Below, piece by piece: positions 12,371-26,087 of a stretch of DNA of 64,000 nucleotides (position 1 is the first letter of the stretch; each line of letters begins with the position of its first letter). Source of the DNA: Neodothiora populina (lineage: Eukaryota); assembly GCF_041146345.1 (NCBI RefSeq), contig NW_027191411.1, positions 930,001-994,000 of the forward strand, in the 5' to 3' direction. A program made the position numbers and the translations under genes. The notes under the pieces were generated by a model. That model was not told the origin of the DNA, made no database searches, and was given only the letters and a program-made list of their open reading frames with translations.

Positions 12371-14819
12371 CTATTCGGCCAGCGCAAAAAGAAGTGGTTC
12401 GTCGTCATCGTCAGCCGCTGCAGTCGACGTCCCCATTTCTCGTCTACGTCGAGCAACGACGCTGGCACCGGAATCGGTCTGCGTGAGGAGCTCACTCAAA
12501 CTCAATTCGGCTTGCTCGTTAGGCAAAGAGGCTGAACGAAGTTCATATGATAAGCCATCTTGCTCGTCGACTTCGGGGCGGATGCGTGGTTGCTGTGCGA
12601 CCGAAGACGAACGACGCCCGGCGGGAAAGGTGCGAGGTGATGTGGGTATGTCGATAGCCGTCGACGCAGGCGTGCCGTGACTAGGCATGGGCGAGCGTAC
12701 ACGGGTGCCATCGCTGCTGTTCCGTGCGCGGGAAGCAATAGGCCTACTACGACTTGCCTCGCGTGAGTAATCAGCGATGATGCTGTTGTTGCTGAGGCGT
12801 GATGGGATCGCCGGCATGTGTGGTGTGTGAGGGGAAATTGGTTTGCCAGGCGAAGAAGAAGTCGAAAAAGATGAACCGGCAATCATGCCTGGAACGTTAT
12901 GAAGTTGTCGACTGGAAGAAGATGAAGATCGATGTATCATAAGCGACGAAGACATTGAGTCCGTAAGCTGAGCCGTAGAGTCACGCATTCGGGCAAACTT
13001 CGAGTACTGGGCAGCCGTTCGCTGAGATGCTTCGGTTTGGTCAGTCTTTGCGAAGCTTGCCAGTCCCTTATTGCGGTCAAGCAGCTTGATGAAATCTTGG
13101 ATGTTATCATCGTCAGCATGCGCTGAAGCCAGGCTAGCGTCTGCTGTAGGGAGGCTGCCTGAGTCACGCGGTACCGACGAGACACTGCCACGTCCACTAC
13201 TCAAGTTGTCGTCATCCCCTCTAATGCTACCGCTTGAGGGGAAGCGTGATCTTCGGTTGCTGAAAGAGCTCGAATACCTTTGTAGGGGGGCGGGTTTTGG
13301 TGAACTGGAGCCAGACGATGCGGCGATAGCCTCACCTGCAAGCTGCGGAGTTCGCAGAACTTGTTGCGGTACGGTGGTCAAGGAGGAGCGGCTCCGGGCG
13401 TGCGAACTCGAAAGACTTGTACCGCGTCCGACAGAGCTGCTTGGCGAAGCAACAAGATTTACCGTACCTGGAGAAGAAGACAAAGAACCAGCCTTGAATG
13501 GCTGGAACGAGACAGATGTACGGCGTAACACGGGCGCGTTGCGGGCGGCTGAGAGATCTGCTGACAATCGCGACGGTCGTGCAGGCAAAGAAGCCTCTGG
13601 GGGGTCGGGCCTACCCGTCACGGGTCGTTGTGACTGCTTGTAACTGCTGGGCTCTGTCAAGGACCGAGCAGGAAGATTACAGTTCTGGGCCTGTTCAGGC
13701 TCGGGTCTTCGAGACTGTCGCGAAGCGCTTCTCATAGCCTTGGTTGAAAGCAAACGCTCAGTAGGCTCGACCAGGAAATCACAATTCCTCCTATACGTCA
13801 CCGAAGTCTTCAACAACCCAGCGGAGCAGTCGAATGGCTCGAAGTGGAATGTCTCTGAAGCAGGCTGGTCCGAAGGAAACAGCGGACATGTCAGAGTGTC
13901 GTAGGATGTCCGGCTGGGCAATGATGGATTGAGGATGCGGTACCTTGGCTTCAGCATTGGACCATTGCCAGCGTTTCTCCCAATGCGGCGCCCGAAACGC
14001 CACGCAGGTAGATAGCGCGTGTAGGTGAATAAAGATCTTATTGCCACAACTCCTCGCTTGTATATACCTGGTGCAGTGTCATTTGCGAATGGCGAAGGCG
14101 ATGTGGTATCGTCGAGCTTGATAGTCCATCTTTCATATACGAGCTTGGTAGGAGTCTGTGCTGAGGGGTTCGATGCAGCTAATTCCTGCAAAGCCTCTGT
14201 GACATCCCATGGTCTACCCTCCTCATCCATAGCCACCAGTGATTGATTCTGGGCCAATTGCGTTGTATCCAGGTAGACCTCGATGATAAGAGGGGCAGGT
14301 CGCTCCCGAAAGCATTCGGCGAACTTCCATTCGCGCAGATCCTGATTCAGCGCATCGGTGTCCTCGAGTTGTGTGTTGAACTATAGAGAGAGATGTCAGA
14401 TGTGCAAGAACAGCGTGCTTCTGAGGCTGAATGAACGTACCCATCGGTCTATCCGTGGCTCTCCATTTCGAAGAGGGATAGAAGCAAGGGTCACCCGAGA
14501 TGACAATATGGTCAATGTACTCTTGGAGAAGAAATGCTAAGGTTGTCTGTTAGTCATGTGCGGACCGGTAATGCTAAGGTCTGGAACTTTTTGTTACCTG
14601 GATGATCTGATTGATGCGAGACTTCTCGTCATCAGACAAGGCCCGCATTTCTTGAGCTGCCCTTGAGCCAGGTCGATCCATCTCGGCGGTTAGATCTTGG
14701 CTTGACGGGGTCCGACTGGGGAGACCTTCCCTCTGGCTGATGGCCCCGAAGGAGATATTGGCAGAAGCGGGATTGGCCGATGATGCGAGTCGTACAGCAG
14801 GACGGGGGTGCTGATGCAT
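12371..14819 (-). CDS. ATG13: Autophagy protein Atg13 (HORMA domain plus long Ser-rich disordered tail); introns 14597-14537, 14440-14381
   Basis: INQIIQ/HFFSK, DRW/FN, LVYERW, IYKRGVVAIRSLFTYTRYLPAWRF HORMA motifs; DDDNIQDFIKLLD; C-terminal DDEPLLFAL. Confidence 0.9.
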
Positions 14820-17800
14820 TGCAAGGACCTTCTTTCCGTGGTTTGGTGTTCTTCCTCTCTCTTTTGTTTTATGGATGTGTGACGGAATGGATTGGTAGTT
14901 GTTTCTCAACTATGGGCATATACTGCTCAAGGTGGTGATGTCGAGGGTGAAATGGAACCCCATCGTAACAATGCTGATTTTAGTCTTGAGCAAGCAGAGA
15001 GAGAAGAGAGATGGTCAAACAGCTCTGTGACGACAAGGGCCAGATGGCTTGCGGCTCTATTGGTGTTCCACCTTTACGCAAACATCGTGTTCACTGGAAG
15101 CAGCAACAGGGCTAAGCTAGGGTCATGCAGGAGGCCAAGCAAGTGAGTGCTGCCTTGGACTAGCAAAAGCAGGTGTTGATGGAGTGGAGTCAACAGGAGC
15201 AAAGACGCAGGCGTCGAGTGATTGACGGGGGAAATGGCTTTGGAGTATGGTCAAGAGGATGCGGAGAAAAGATGGAGGAAAGAACACAAGGGTGTCGATC
15301 TGATAGTCCTTCACTCTCGATGACTTGTACCCTCGAGCTTTCCTTATCGCTCGCGGTATGACGGCGGTGAATGGATAAGGCAAGGTACTGTCTGTACTGC
15401 ACAGTAGAGAGTGTACCCAAGTTATATCGATGACTCGAAGCTCACTAAGGTATGGCTTGGCGAGGGTTTGCGTAGATGACTCGCCTTTCGAGTAGATCGA
15501 GATGCGACAGACAGTGCGATGATATGAGATTATAAGGGCACAAAAGCCGGATCTAGTCAAAGACCAGCATTAATGGGAGAAGGAAAAGAAAGGAGATGTA
15601 CAGGGAGTGCCTCAAGTCGATTATGGCTCTGACGCGAAGTACCCTACCAAGGTACGGTGGAATAGACAGGGTGCAACTCGGTGCAGTTGGATCATGCGGA
15701 AGGCTACAGTACCTTAACTGTACAATGGTGGCTCCGTATCGTGATAGGTTGATGCGCGCTCGCCGTCTCGATGGGCAAGTCATCACTCACCTACCCGACT
15801 TGTCTGTGCTTTAAGCGCTACTGGACAACCCCCGAGACGCTCGCGCCGCCTACCGAATGACCGTGTGAAGCCTATCTCCATCTGCATATGTGACAGGTAG
15901 CCAGAGGCACTTGCTCTCCTGATCGATCGACCACTAATCTGATACCCGCTGCTCGAATCATCACTGAACGTAGACACCGGGTCGGTCACTTGCCACGTTG
16001 GCGTAGCAAACCTGGATGGGGTAGTGACCTTTTTATATACAAAAAGTACGGCCTATAAGACTAAGGTATGCTCTACTGTTTGCATGCAGTACCAGGGAGC
16101 CTGTCAGAGCGAAATCATCTTGGAACTACAAGTAGAGGTTCAGAACGCACTGAATGACAGTGAAGACACAAAATAATGCTCGAACTGGTATTCTTCGACA
16201 ACAATGCTATTTCGCGACCTCACTTGTGCTATGCAAATCAGGTCACATGCACTTTCGAGATTCGAGTCATACTCGGGCTCCTCCTAGCACTGATAAGGAT
16301 GGGTCTACTGTCCTGCTGGCGCTCTGCTCCGCAAGTTGTCTTGTGTCATCATTCGCCTAGGCGTTCCAATCTCTTGCATACCAGCAGTACCAGCATACAA
16401 CAATATACAGGTTTCAGTGCACCATGTCATGGATCAATATACGACGCCACACTCCCGCACTTTTGCATGTAGAGAGCTTGGTTCCATATGGCCATTTGCA
16501 TCATGCAAGATCGCTCGTCCTTGAGGTTGTGTACCCTGGCTCCGCCGAGTCCTAACATTCCTCGTGTGGTAGCGATGCCGTGACCGATGTAGGAAAGCAC
16601 GACATGTGTGATGAACGAATTCGCAACTTACGTCAGACCTTGATGATGGAAGTGATGCCGTGAGGGAAACTAAGGTAGACTGTCACCAGTAGAATTGGCG
16701 TGAGAGGTGTGCAATCTATGTCCCAACATCATAGTCGCAGCCACGCACTCGAGTGTTTATCACCAGAGTAGTACCCCATGATGCTGTCATCCCTTGGCCG
16801 TCTCGGACTGCATCTTCTATCACATTGACCAAGCCACGACTCCTGCGCGGCTATCATATACTGAGGAAGGCCGGGCAAGGGGGGCCCGCGCGCGAGCAAG
16901 CAATACATTGTGTCGTGGAACATCTACTACATATTCGAGGATCGCTCGTCAAGTGCAGATGGCTGCACTTCACTCCAGAGCGCCAGCGCATTTTTTTCTA
17001 CTGCCTACCGGATCCCGAGGCTAAAAGCAAATTGCTTGTAGCACACGATCTTTGCTCCGTCAGCCGGGAACCATTGATTTTGCAGCTCTGCTATATGCAC
17101 ATAGCTCTCCATATCCAATGACAGCCCTTGAAGAGATTGGGAACAAAGTCCCCCACGAAACCCGCAATGCACAATGCTACCAACCGCAATGCACTCCCCG
17201 GAGAAGTGCTCCTTTCAGTGATCTCACGCTGCGCCAGCTTGATGGGCATCGGACCACGAGCCGAGGACCAAAGTACAAGGCGCCACTCATGTATGGAGAA
17301 TTAGTGCATTGATACGTCTCTACATGGATGGATCACATCTGCTTCCCTTTCATGAGCCTTCGACAGGAGCCTAGGCATACCATATGACGTGCAGGATGCG
17401 GGCAGTATCCTCTCTTGAGTCCATGTTAACGGAACAACGAACCAACACATGGATAAATTGGATGAAGTAGGCAGCAAAGCGAAGCGATGCACTATGGATG
17501 ATGTGCACAATCAAAGCTATTGAACTGTCGATGAGGAAAGCGCCACGCTAAAGCATTGATTGGAGTGGGAAGACCAAACCGAACCTCAAAGCTCAGAGCT
17601 CGAACCCATCTAGTCGATAGACTACGAAGGAAAGTAAGATGCACGCAGACCCACTCCTGACAATGTGCTTGGTGGAAGGTGGGTTGAGGCTGGCCACCTA
17701 TCCTCGACGTATTGCACGAGTATCACAGTGATGATCTTATGCTCAACCAACGGGGGACTCCAAGTATGGGCATGGATAAAAATGACCTCTGTCTACCAAT

Positions 17801-18420
17801 ATCATCGCGTGGCACGTGATGGAGTAAACTCAGTAAGGGACTCACTTAAAGATAGAGGTTGTAACGTGCCAAAGGGCGAGAGTTCATCACACTGTCAGAC
17901 GCTGCCCTCTGATTGGCTGCGGAAACATCCCACTCCCCCGGTATACTGAAGCAGACACCCCCGAAGGTGCACCCCTCCTCCTTCATCCATCAAACACAAA
18001 CATCCTTTTCACTGAGGTAGATATTGCTTTCTTCGTTTGCCAAACTTCTCTCGGATATCTCTAGACACAGACCACTCACCTTCGCCCGCGCCGTTGCCGT
18101 ACATAATCGAGTCGCCACCCGAAGACGAGTACTAAGGCCCCGCTGCTTTGATTTCGTCATATACTGGATCCGGACATTCATCAATCAGTCACCTTTAGAG
18201 ATCTACCTCAACCACAACAAGCATCGTTCGCATTATCCTTCCAGACTATAATCGAAGAGCCAAGATCCAGCTCTCGTTCCGCGTGGTATTTGTCGAGGGA
18301 ACGTTCTCGGTACAGCTTCGCCTCTCGCGCCTTTAAACACGCCTTGACTCCAAGCAGTCAAAGCGAGGTGCATTTGTCGAAGCGCCAGGAAAGGTTTCCC
18401 TGGTGCCACCATCTCAGCAC

Positions 18421-21400
18421 ATGACCAGCTATCTCTGGAAGTACTATCTCGAAGATGATGTCGACCACTTTCGGCATCTGCTGGAAACGGCAGGGTATAA
18501 TGTGCGAAACAATGCACAGAAAGGTGGTTGGAAGGATACGAGTCTGAATACTGGCATGATAACTGGCAGTCCAAGTGCTATCCAGCTGGGCACGTCACCG
18601 ACTATGAACACAAAGATCAGGAAAGCCTCGACGCCTGGCCCCCAGTTCACAACGCAGAGTGCGCCAGTGGTGACCTTGACCCGAGCCGACATCAATTGGA
18701 GAGACAACCATGGTATGACTCTGCTCCATCATGCTGTCTCGTCGACAAGAGAGAACTCGATCCTCTTTGCGCAGGCCTTGATCGAGCATCCTCTCACCGA
18801 CCTCTACCTTCAAGATACCGAAAACGGCTGGACAGCACTTCATCGCGCCTTTTATTTTGGCAATATCACAACAGCACGCGCGATCCTGGAGCGAGACACC
18901 TCAGACGCGCTGGGCCAAGGAAGGAGCGGAGTCGTTCACAACGCAGGTGGTCTGATCAAGATCAAAGATAGAGAGGGTCACGGGCCGCTCGATCTGTTCT
19001 CCGTGACCATCAAGGACAGGACTCTGCGCCCAGAGGAGGAACAAACCCGAAGACGATTATCCAATGCAGGTAGCGAGGACGACCGCCTTAATGAAGAGCG
19101 AGGAGATGCCGATGACGACCTGCGAGCCGATCTCGTCATCCAGACGAACAACATTGCTGGTGACGAGGTATATACCTTTGGTAGCAACAAGAACATCACC
19201 CTTGGCTTTGGAGATGAGGATGACCGACAGTATCCCGAACGCATTATACTCAAGAGACCGGACCATCTACTTCAGCGGTTTTACAGCGAATACGCAGATG
19301 CATTTGAAAAGACCTGGGCATCGCCATCTGGTTACGGCGGTGTCAGCCTTCCTCGAAACCTGTCTGTTGAGTCACTACCATGGGTCGTGCGAAGTAAGCC
19401 TTTGATTATACAGGACGTCTTCTTGTCCAAGCTACACACCGCGGTATTGACGACCGATCCCGAATCGAATCTGTACATGTGTGGCCACGGACCAGGTGGA
19501 CGGCTTGGCCTTGGTCACGAGCGTTCTCAGTTCAATTTTGCATGCATTGAAGGTGCCGCACTGGCTGGTAAGAAGATCGCTACTGTCGCCCTTGGACAGA
19601 ACCACACATTAGCATTGTCGGAAGGAGGTGAAGTTTTTTCCTGGGGAAGCAATGGCTTTGGCCAACTTGGCTATTCGTTGCCCAAGTCTGGATTAAAGGA
19701 TGACGAACCAATCAACACTGTGCCCCGGCAGATATTTGGACCTCTAAAGCGAGAGATCGTGACAGGAATGGCCGCTTCACGCATACACTCGGTCGTGCAT
19801 ACCACGACGTCACTCTACACATTCGGCAAAAACGAGGGCCAGCTTGGCATCATCGATTCTGACGCTCGATCGCTGGAGATACAAGTGACCCCAAGAAAGG
19901 TGGCGGCTTCACTCTTTTCCTCGTCTATTGCCTCGGTAGAGGCTATCGACAGGGCTACCATATGCCTCCTCGAGAATCACGACGTGTGGGTATTTGCAAA
20001 CTACGGCTATACGAAGATGCAGTTCGATCTGTTCAGTACGACCAATCCATTGTTCAAGGAAAGCTTTCTAGTCACACGGTACGAGTCCACTGCCAATCAC
20101 ATTTCCAAGGTGACTGCTGGGGGAGATACGATATGCGCTATGTCAAGTAACGGTCAAATCTACACTTCATCCGTGAGCTCGAGTCGTCCGGATGCGCAAT
20201 CCGTCAACGCATCGACCACAAATCCCACGAAGATAAGAGGAGCTCTTTCGCCACCACAAAGAATTTGGGATCCTAGGAGGACCAACATGGCAGCAAGAGA
20301 CGTAGGGATCGACGCCGACGGATCAATCATCATCTCGACTGAAGAAGGAAGTGTGTGGCAAAGGTCTCGAAGAGCGAAGATCAGGGACTCTGGCTCTGCT
20401 GGACAAAAGCAGAAAGACCACAAATTTTCTCGCATCTCTGGGTTGACCCGTGTTCTGGCAGTCAGAGCCTCTGCACACGGAGCCTATGCGGCTGTCAGAA
20501 GAGATTGTGATGTGACTAAGACACAAGTTCTTGCTATTGGGCAGACCATATGGGATGATCTATTCCCACTTCTGTGTTTCAACGACTTGCCAACTGACGA
20601 AGACGAGGAGGACAGTGATACTGAAGCGCCTCAGCCTCGCTTTTGGCAAGGGCGAAAGAAGCCCGACGAAGTGAGTCAGCTTTGTAAGCAATTACTCGAG
20701 TCTAAGGATCCGGAAAAAGAGCTTGAGCACCACCTTGCCGGACTTGCAGTAGACGACTTTGCAGACTTTGATATTGTCATTCGATCGACTGTCTCAGACG
20801 CGCTCCAGTTCCCCGCTCATCAGTGCATTCTAGCCGGCAGGAGTTCCGTACTTCGTCACGGGCTCCAGAGCATGCGAGAAGGGGCTGATTTCTTCATTCC
20901 AGACGTGTTGACTTGCGAGCGTGACTCCAATGGCCGGCTTGTACTCTTAGTTCAGGGCATCGACAACTTGTCACTCGTCGATTTTCTACTCTTTTGCTAC
21001 ACGGACAACGTTGTGGATTTCTGGCATTACACTCGTCGCTCGCCCGAGTTGGCCTTCAGATATCGTCAGATTCGTCTCGAGCTCATAAAATTGGCATCAA
21101 GACTCGATATGCAGTGCTTAGAATCAGCGATCCGACAAATGGTCACCCCAGCCCGTTGCCTTCCGATGGATATGGAGCACGCTGTGAAGGATTTTGGCTA
21201 CTTGGCGGATGGTGATATTAGGGTCCAACTCGCGGATGACGAAGTGCTGGTACACAGCTCTCTGGTGTGCCAAAGATGCCCTTTCTTTGAAGGCTTGTTC
21301 ATGGGCCGTGCGGGAGGCCGATGGTTGGATGAGAGACGTGGTCTCCTTCAGGCTTCTGACGCAGTCGATGTCGATCTCAAGCATGTTGAGTCTCGCATCT

Positions 21401-23641
21401 TCAGGATGGTCCTGCGTCACATATATGCCGATACTGGAGAGGAGTTGTTCGATGCGGTTGTCAGCAGTGATCTCGACGAGTTTCTTGACTTGGTGATGGA
21501 AGTCATGAGCGTTGCTAATGAATTGATGTTGGATCGACTTTCGCAGGTTTGTCAGAAGGTGTTAGGACGATTTGGTGAGTTTCGAGGACTGCAACAAATG
21601 ATTGACCAAGCTAATACACTCTAGTTACGGCTCGTAATGTTTGTGGCCTGTTGAATGCCATTGCTCCAAGTTCAGTCACTGAGTTCAAGGACGCGAGCCT
21701 CGAGTACATGTGCCTCAGTCTCGAGGCTATGCTTCAAGGAGGGTATGTGTTTTGGGCTGTCATCTTGCGGGAATTATTTGCTGATCGTGAACTAGCCTTC
21801 TCGATGAATTGGACGAAGATATATTGCTTGAACTGGATGACGTCGTTCGCGACAATCAACTAGCCTGCTTGCCCATCGCGAGGAGCGGTAGAGCTGAAGC
21901 AGATCTACTTGACCGATACCCTGAATTGGCAGCCTTGATGGACCGCGAGCGACGTGCTAAGATAGACTCGATCATCCTGCATAGCAAGTATCAGGACGTG
22001 GAGTCGTGGGGTCCCAATTCGTTCAGAGGACAGAGCTTCGAAGAGGGTTTCAACTCACAATCGCCCTTGAACCAGAAAAGACGCAAATCGTCAAGGGGTG
22101 GATTGAGTCCTTATTTGAGGGGCAAAAGTGCGGTCCAAGAATTCGGTGCAAGTATCGATGAAGACGAACCTCTGGATCTCGGACAACCTGTATTCAGATC
22201 CCCTGATGCAGACATCGAACGAGAGTTGGGTAAGGGTATGGCGGTCGGCACGCCAACAGGAACGTGGCTAAACAGCAAGGGGAAATTGACATCTCCAGCC
22301 ATCGGGACGCCCACAGACGAGAAGCTGGACTCGAAGGGCTCTTGGCCAACGCCAGCTACCGCTACCCCGGGTAGCACTGCAAAAACAGCTCCGTGGGCAG
22401 CGACGCCTTCTCCAGGAAGCAAGATTGAAATGAAGGACATCATGGCCCAAGCATCGACTAGTTGGGTGTCAAATCTGTCTCTGGGTATCGCGGCAAGCCG
22501 CGCACAAGAAAATGGCGGACCAACACCTGCTGCTGGGTCTGCGACGGCAATTTCGTCTTCTGCAACAGCTGCACCACCAAGTTCGTTCAAGATGTCGCAG
22601 AAAGAGCGGAAAAAGATCCAGCTTGCGCAACAAGAGCAGATGGCTCAAGCAGAAAAGAACGTTGCTATCAATTCCACATCGCCGTGGCAGAAGGTCAACA
22701 AGGGACCTAGCCTGAAGGAGGTCATGACCAATGGAAGCGGATCGTCCTCTCGTGCTGTCTCACCGAAGCCCTCTGCGACAAAGCCGGTCCTCGGTCGCCC
22801 AAGCACAACGCCTCATCTCACGATGCGACAAACAATCGCAAATCCGAAGCCAAGCATCGAGGCGAAGGCAAAGAGCCCCCTGACACAATCACCTACTCCT
22901 GGATCAGCGTCGGGTCCAGTACCAACAAAAGCAAATGGTACAACATCAACGACTCCAGTCCGTCCCACAGCGACTCCAGCAGCTGTCCTGGACGCCCGCC
23001 CGACATCGTCCTCATCCACATCAAAACAATCTTCATTTATCAAACCCCTACGACAAGCGAGTATAGCAGCAGCCATATCCCCATCACCCCCACCAGACCT
23101 CTCATCCAAATCCTTCCCCAACCTGATCCAGTCCATCCGCCACGCGCCCAAACCAGTAGAGCCGAGTCTGCAACTGAGCATGTCGGAGATCCTGTCGCAG
23201 CAGCAGCTAGAAAAGGACATCATCAGGGAAGCGAGAGAGGCGAAGAGGAACCTGCAGGACATCCAGGCCGAGCAGGAGTTCCAGGAGTGGTGGGATAGAG
23301 AGTGTCAGAGGGTCAGGGAAGAAGAGGAGATGGCTAGATTGATCTCTCAGGGTAAGGATCCATTGAAAGAGAAGAAAAGTGGCGGCGGAGATGGCAAGAG
23401 AGGCGGCGGCGGAAAAAGAGGCGGTAAGGGTGCCGCTCAGCAGCAGCAACAGCAGCAGCAGCAACAGGGTTCCGGTAGCAAGGGCTCACATGGCGGAGGA
23501 CGCGGCGGAGGCCGGAATGGACAGCAGACTACTAGAGGAGGGAGTGGCCCGACCTCAGCTAGCAAGAAGAAAGGTGGCGCAGGTGCCGCCTCAGCAACAG
23601 CAGCAACAGCTACTGCGACGACCAACAGCGAGAACGCGTAA
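18421..23641 (+). CDS. Ankyrin + RCC1 + BTB/POZ protein (S. pombe Btb1 / IBTK-like cullin-3 adaptor); introns 21575-21624, 21743-21795
   Basis: ANK (GMTLLHHAVS, GWTALHRAFYFG), RCC1 repeats (VYTFGSN, VFSWGSNGFGQLG), two BTB cores (FPAHQCILAGRS, VHSSLVCQRCPFFEGLF) and C-terminal LQDIQAEQEFQEWW. GT-AG introns join three ORFs. Confidence 0.9.
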
Positions 23642-23879
23642 TGATGTGCTAGAGATCACGATCCAGCACTTGGAGAAAGTATACTCTCCTAGATCTAAAT
23701 AGATATACTATCATTATTCTGTACATATTGTTATTTATCCATATACCCATACTAGCCCTTCTGAGACATTTGACTGATGGATAAGCGAGATGTTTTGACG
23801 GACAAATATTGAACTTTTTACTTTTCCTCAGATACGCATTTCGGATCTATTCTTTACATTCAGCTGAACCATCTCACAT

Positions 23880-25323
23880 TTACGCAACGACACCACTGGC
23901 ATCCTTTTCGGCTTTCTCCTCAGCCACCTTCTCAGCCTTCGTCGCAGAAGACGATGCTCCACTCTTAGCAGCGTTCACTTCCCTCAACACAACCTCCAAC
24001 TCGGCAAGGAACCTCGAGACTTCGTCTTCGGTACCGACCGTGATCCTCAAACAACCGAGACAGCCGGGCTCTTTGCCTCTGAACCTCACGACGACGCCTT
24101 TGTTCTCGGCCAGCTGTTCGTAGACGGCCAATGCGATTTCGTTGGACGGCTTGCCAGACGCCGTGTCGAGCATTTCAACTAGTAGAAAGTTGGACTCGCG
24201 GCCGCCACGGAATCGACCGACACCGGTGATTTGAGGCATGGATGACAGCATGCGCTCACGCTGAGCGATAATCTTCTCACGGTTCGAGCGCATGACGGCG
24301 AGGTTCTGGGGCTGCAGGGCGGCGATTGCGATTTGCGAGGTTGGGTTCGAGATGTTGTAAGGTGCCTTTAGGGAGTTCAAGAGGCGGGCGATGGGAGGCG
24401 AGGTGAATGCTGCTCCGAGACGGATTCCCGCGAGTCCGAAGGCCTTGGAGAGGGTCTGCATGACGACTAGGTTCGGCCAGTCATTGACCCATTCTGCGAG
24501 CGAGGAGCCCTCGGGGGCAAAGTCGATGTAGGCTTCGTCGAGGACGACGATTCCGTTCCACGTTGGGTGTTCGAGGACGGTCTGGACGTCCTTTTTGCTG
24601 ACGAGGTTGGCAGTGGGATTTCCCGGTGAGCAGATGTAGACCATTTTAATAGTGGGATCTGCAGATAGCATCTCGTTGACGAGGTGTGGTTGAAGGGCAA
24701 AGTCGTTGTTGACATCCAAGGGAGCCTTGACGACAGCAACATCGTTGACTTGGGCCGAGACTGAGTACATGCCGTAAGTGGGTGGGCACGTCAGGATCCT
24801 GTCTTTGCCGGGAGTGCAGAAGGCGCGGAGGAGTGCATCAATGGCTTCATCGCTGCCAACACCGACGAAGAGGTTCTCCGGAGTGATGTTCTTTTCTGTG
24901 TGAGTGTGGGTATTGCGAAGGTTGCACAGCAGTTGCTTCAGGTCGTGCTGGTGGCTTAGGAGTCGTCAGTAAGTTTCTGTATCAGGAAAGAGCAGGAGAG
25001 GGAGGACGTACGGATCGGGATAGCGATTGAGACCAAGTAGATCAACCTCAACACTTGGAGAGTCACCATTCGCTGTTCCATTGGCGAGTTTCCCATTGCT
25101 GTCTAATGCCAATCCAGGTCCATACGCGTTCTCATTGGCATCGAGGAGGACATTTGTGCCATCATCTTTGTAGTCACTGATGAGTCATTAATTAAATGTT
25201 TTCGTGGTATAGAGAGAATAGGTGTCAATTGGCTTACTCGCGGGCACATCTGTATGGTTCGAGAGCTAGAATATTGGGACGAGCACATGTCTCAATGTTG
25301 AAAGGTCTCGTTGCGGAAGCCAT
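23880..25323 (-). CDS. HIS5: Histidinol-phosphate aminotransferase; introns 25237-25177, about 25011-24955
   Basis: CARPNILALEPYRCARDD, LLDANEN, NRYPDP, GVGSDEAID, CSPGNPT, VLDEAYIDF and PLP lysine motif TLSKAFGLAGIRLG. Confidence 0.97.
25180..25188. promoter_or_regulatory. Candidate Gcn4/CpcA binding site ATGACTCAT in HIS5 intron 1
   Basis: Exact optimal bZIP Gcn4 site, located in an amino-acid biosynthesis gene. Confidence 0.5.
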
Positions 25324-26087
25324 CTTGGTCTGTTGGATTGTTTGTCGAGTTACAAGGACAATAAAACATACAGATTAAAATGACATGCCCGCATGTAACT
25401 TTGTGTCATTGCACCACATCCCGTCGTTATCGCCCCAGAATAGCCCTTATCTGTCCTGTATGAGGGACATGGTTTATCTTATCGCCACAAGAGCCGAGAT
25501 CAGCAGCGGATTGCCATGGCGTCAGATCTTATCTATCACATGCTGCGCATTTCGTCTTCTTCTTCCCAAGTAAATCACGAATCACTCTAGTTAATCGGAC
25601 TTGTTATTGCGTGCTGTGCCTTAAGCCATTAGTGCTGGTGATTGTCTTGAGTCGGTGGCAGCTCGTGAGCGGGCATCGCATCGAATGATACGCTACTTTG
25701 AAGAAATCTAGGGTACAGAGTCAGTTTGCTCAAGATCATGTTCGGAATGAAGTTCTGCAAGCAACATGGATCTCCCCCCCATCTCTGTCCTATCATTACC
25801 GTGTGTTGTCAGATTCGCTTGTGATCGCATGACCCTGCATGCTGCAGTTCTGCTCAAATCTCGGATTCTGAAACGTGCAGCTTGACATCACTGTTGTAAA
25901 CCTGCTTCGCGCATGGCTGTGTTTGTGTGTGGCTTAGATGCCTTAGATAATTAATCCTACCATCTGTTGTCGTGGTCCTCCATTATCCACTCCTTGAATT
26001 ATCTGTTATATCTATCGACACCATATATCATTTTCCCCTCGGGGCAGCATTCACCACTTCCCCACTCCCATTGATGATTAATGCGCC

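Noticed and set aside
17555..17630. Possible tRNA-like or SINE remnant (GGGTTCGAGCTC on the minus strand)
   Set aside because: I could not build a cloverleaf or find an A-box.
14900..18400. Short ORFs in the 3.5-kb ATG13/BTB intergenic region
   Set aside because: No recognisable motifs or consistent exon structure; treated as non-coding.
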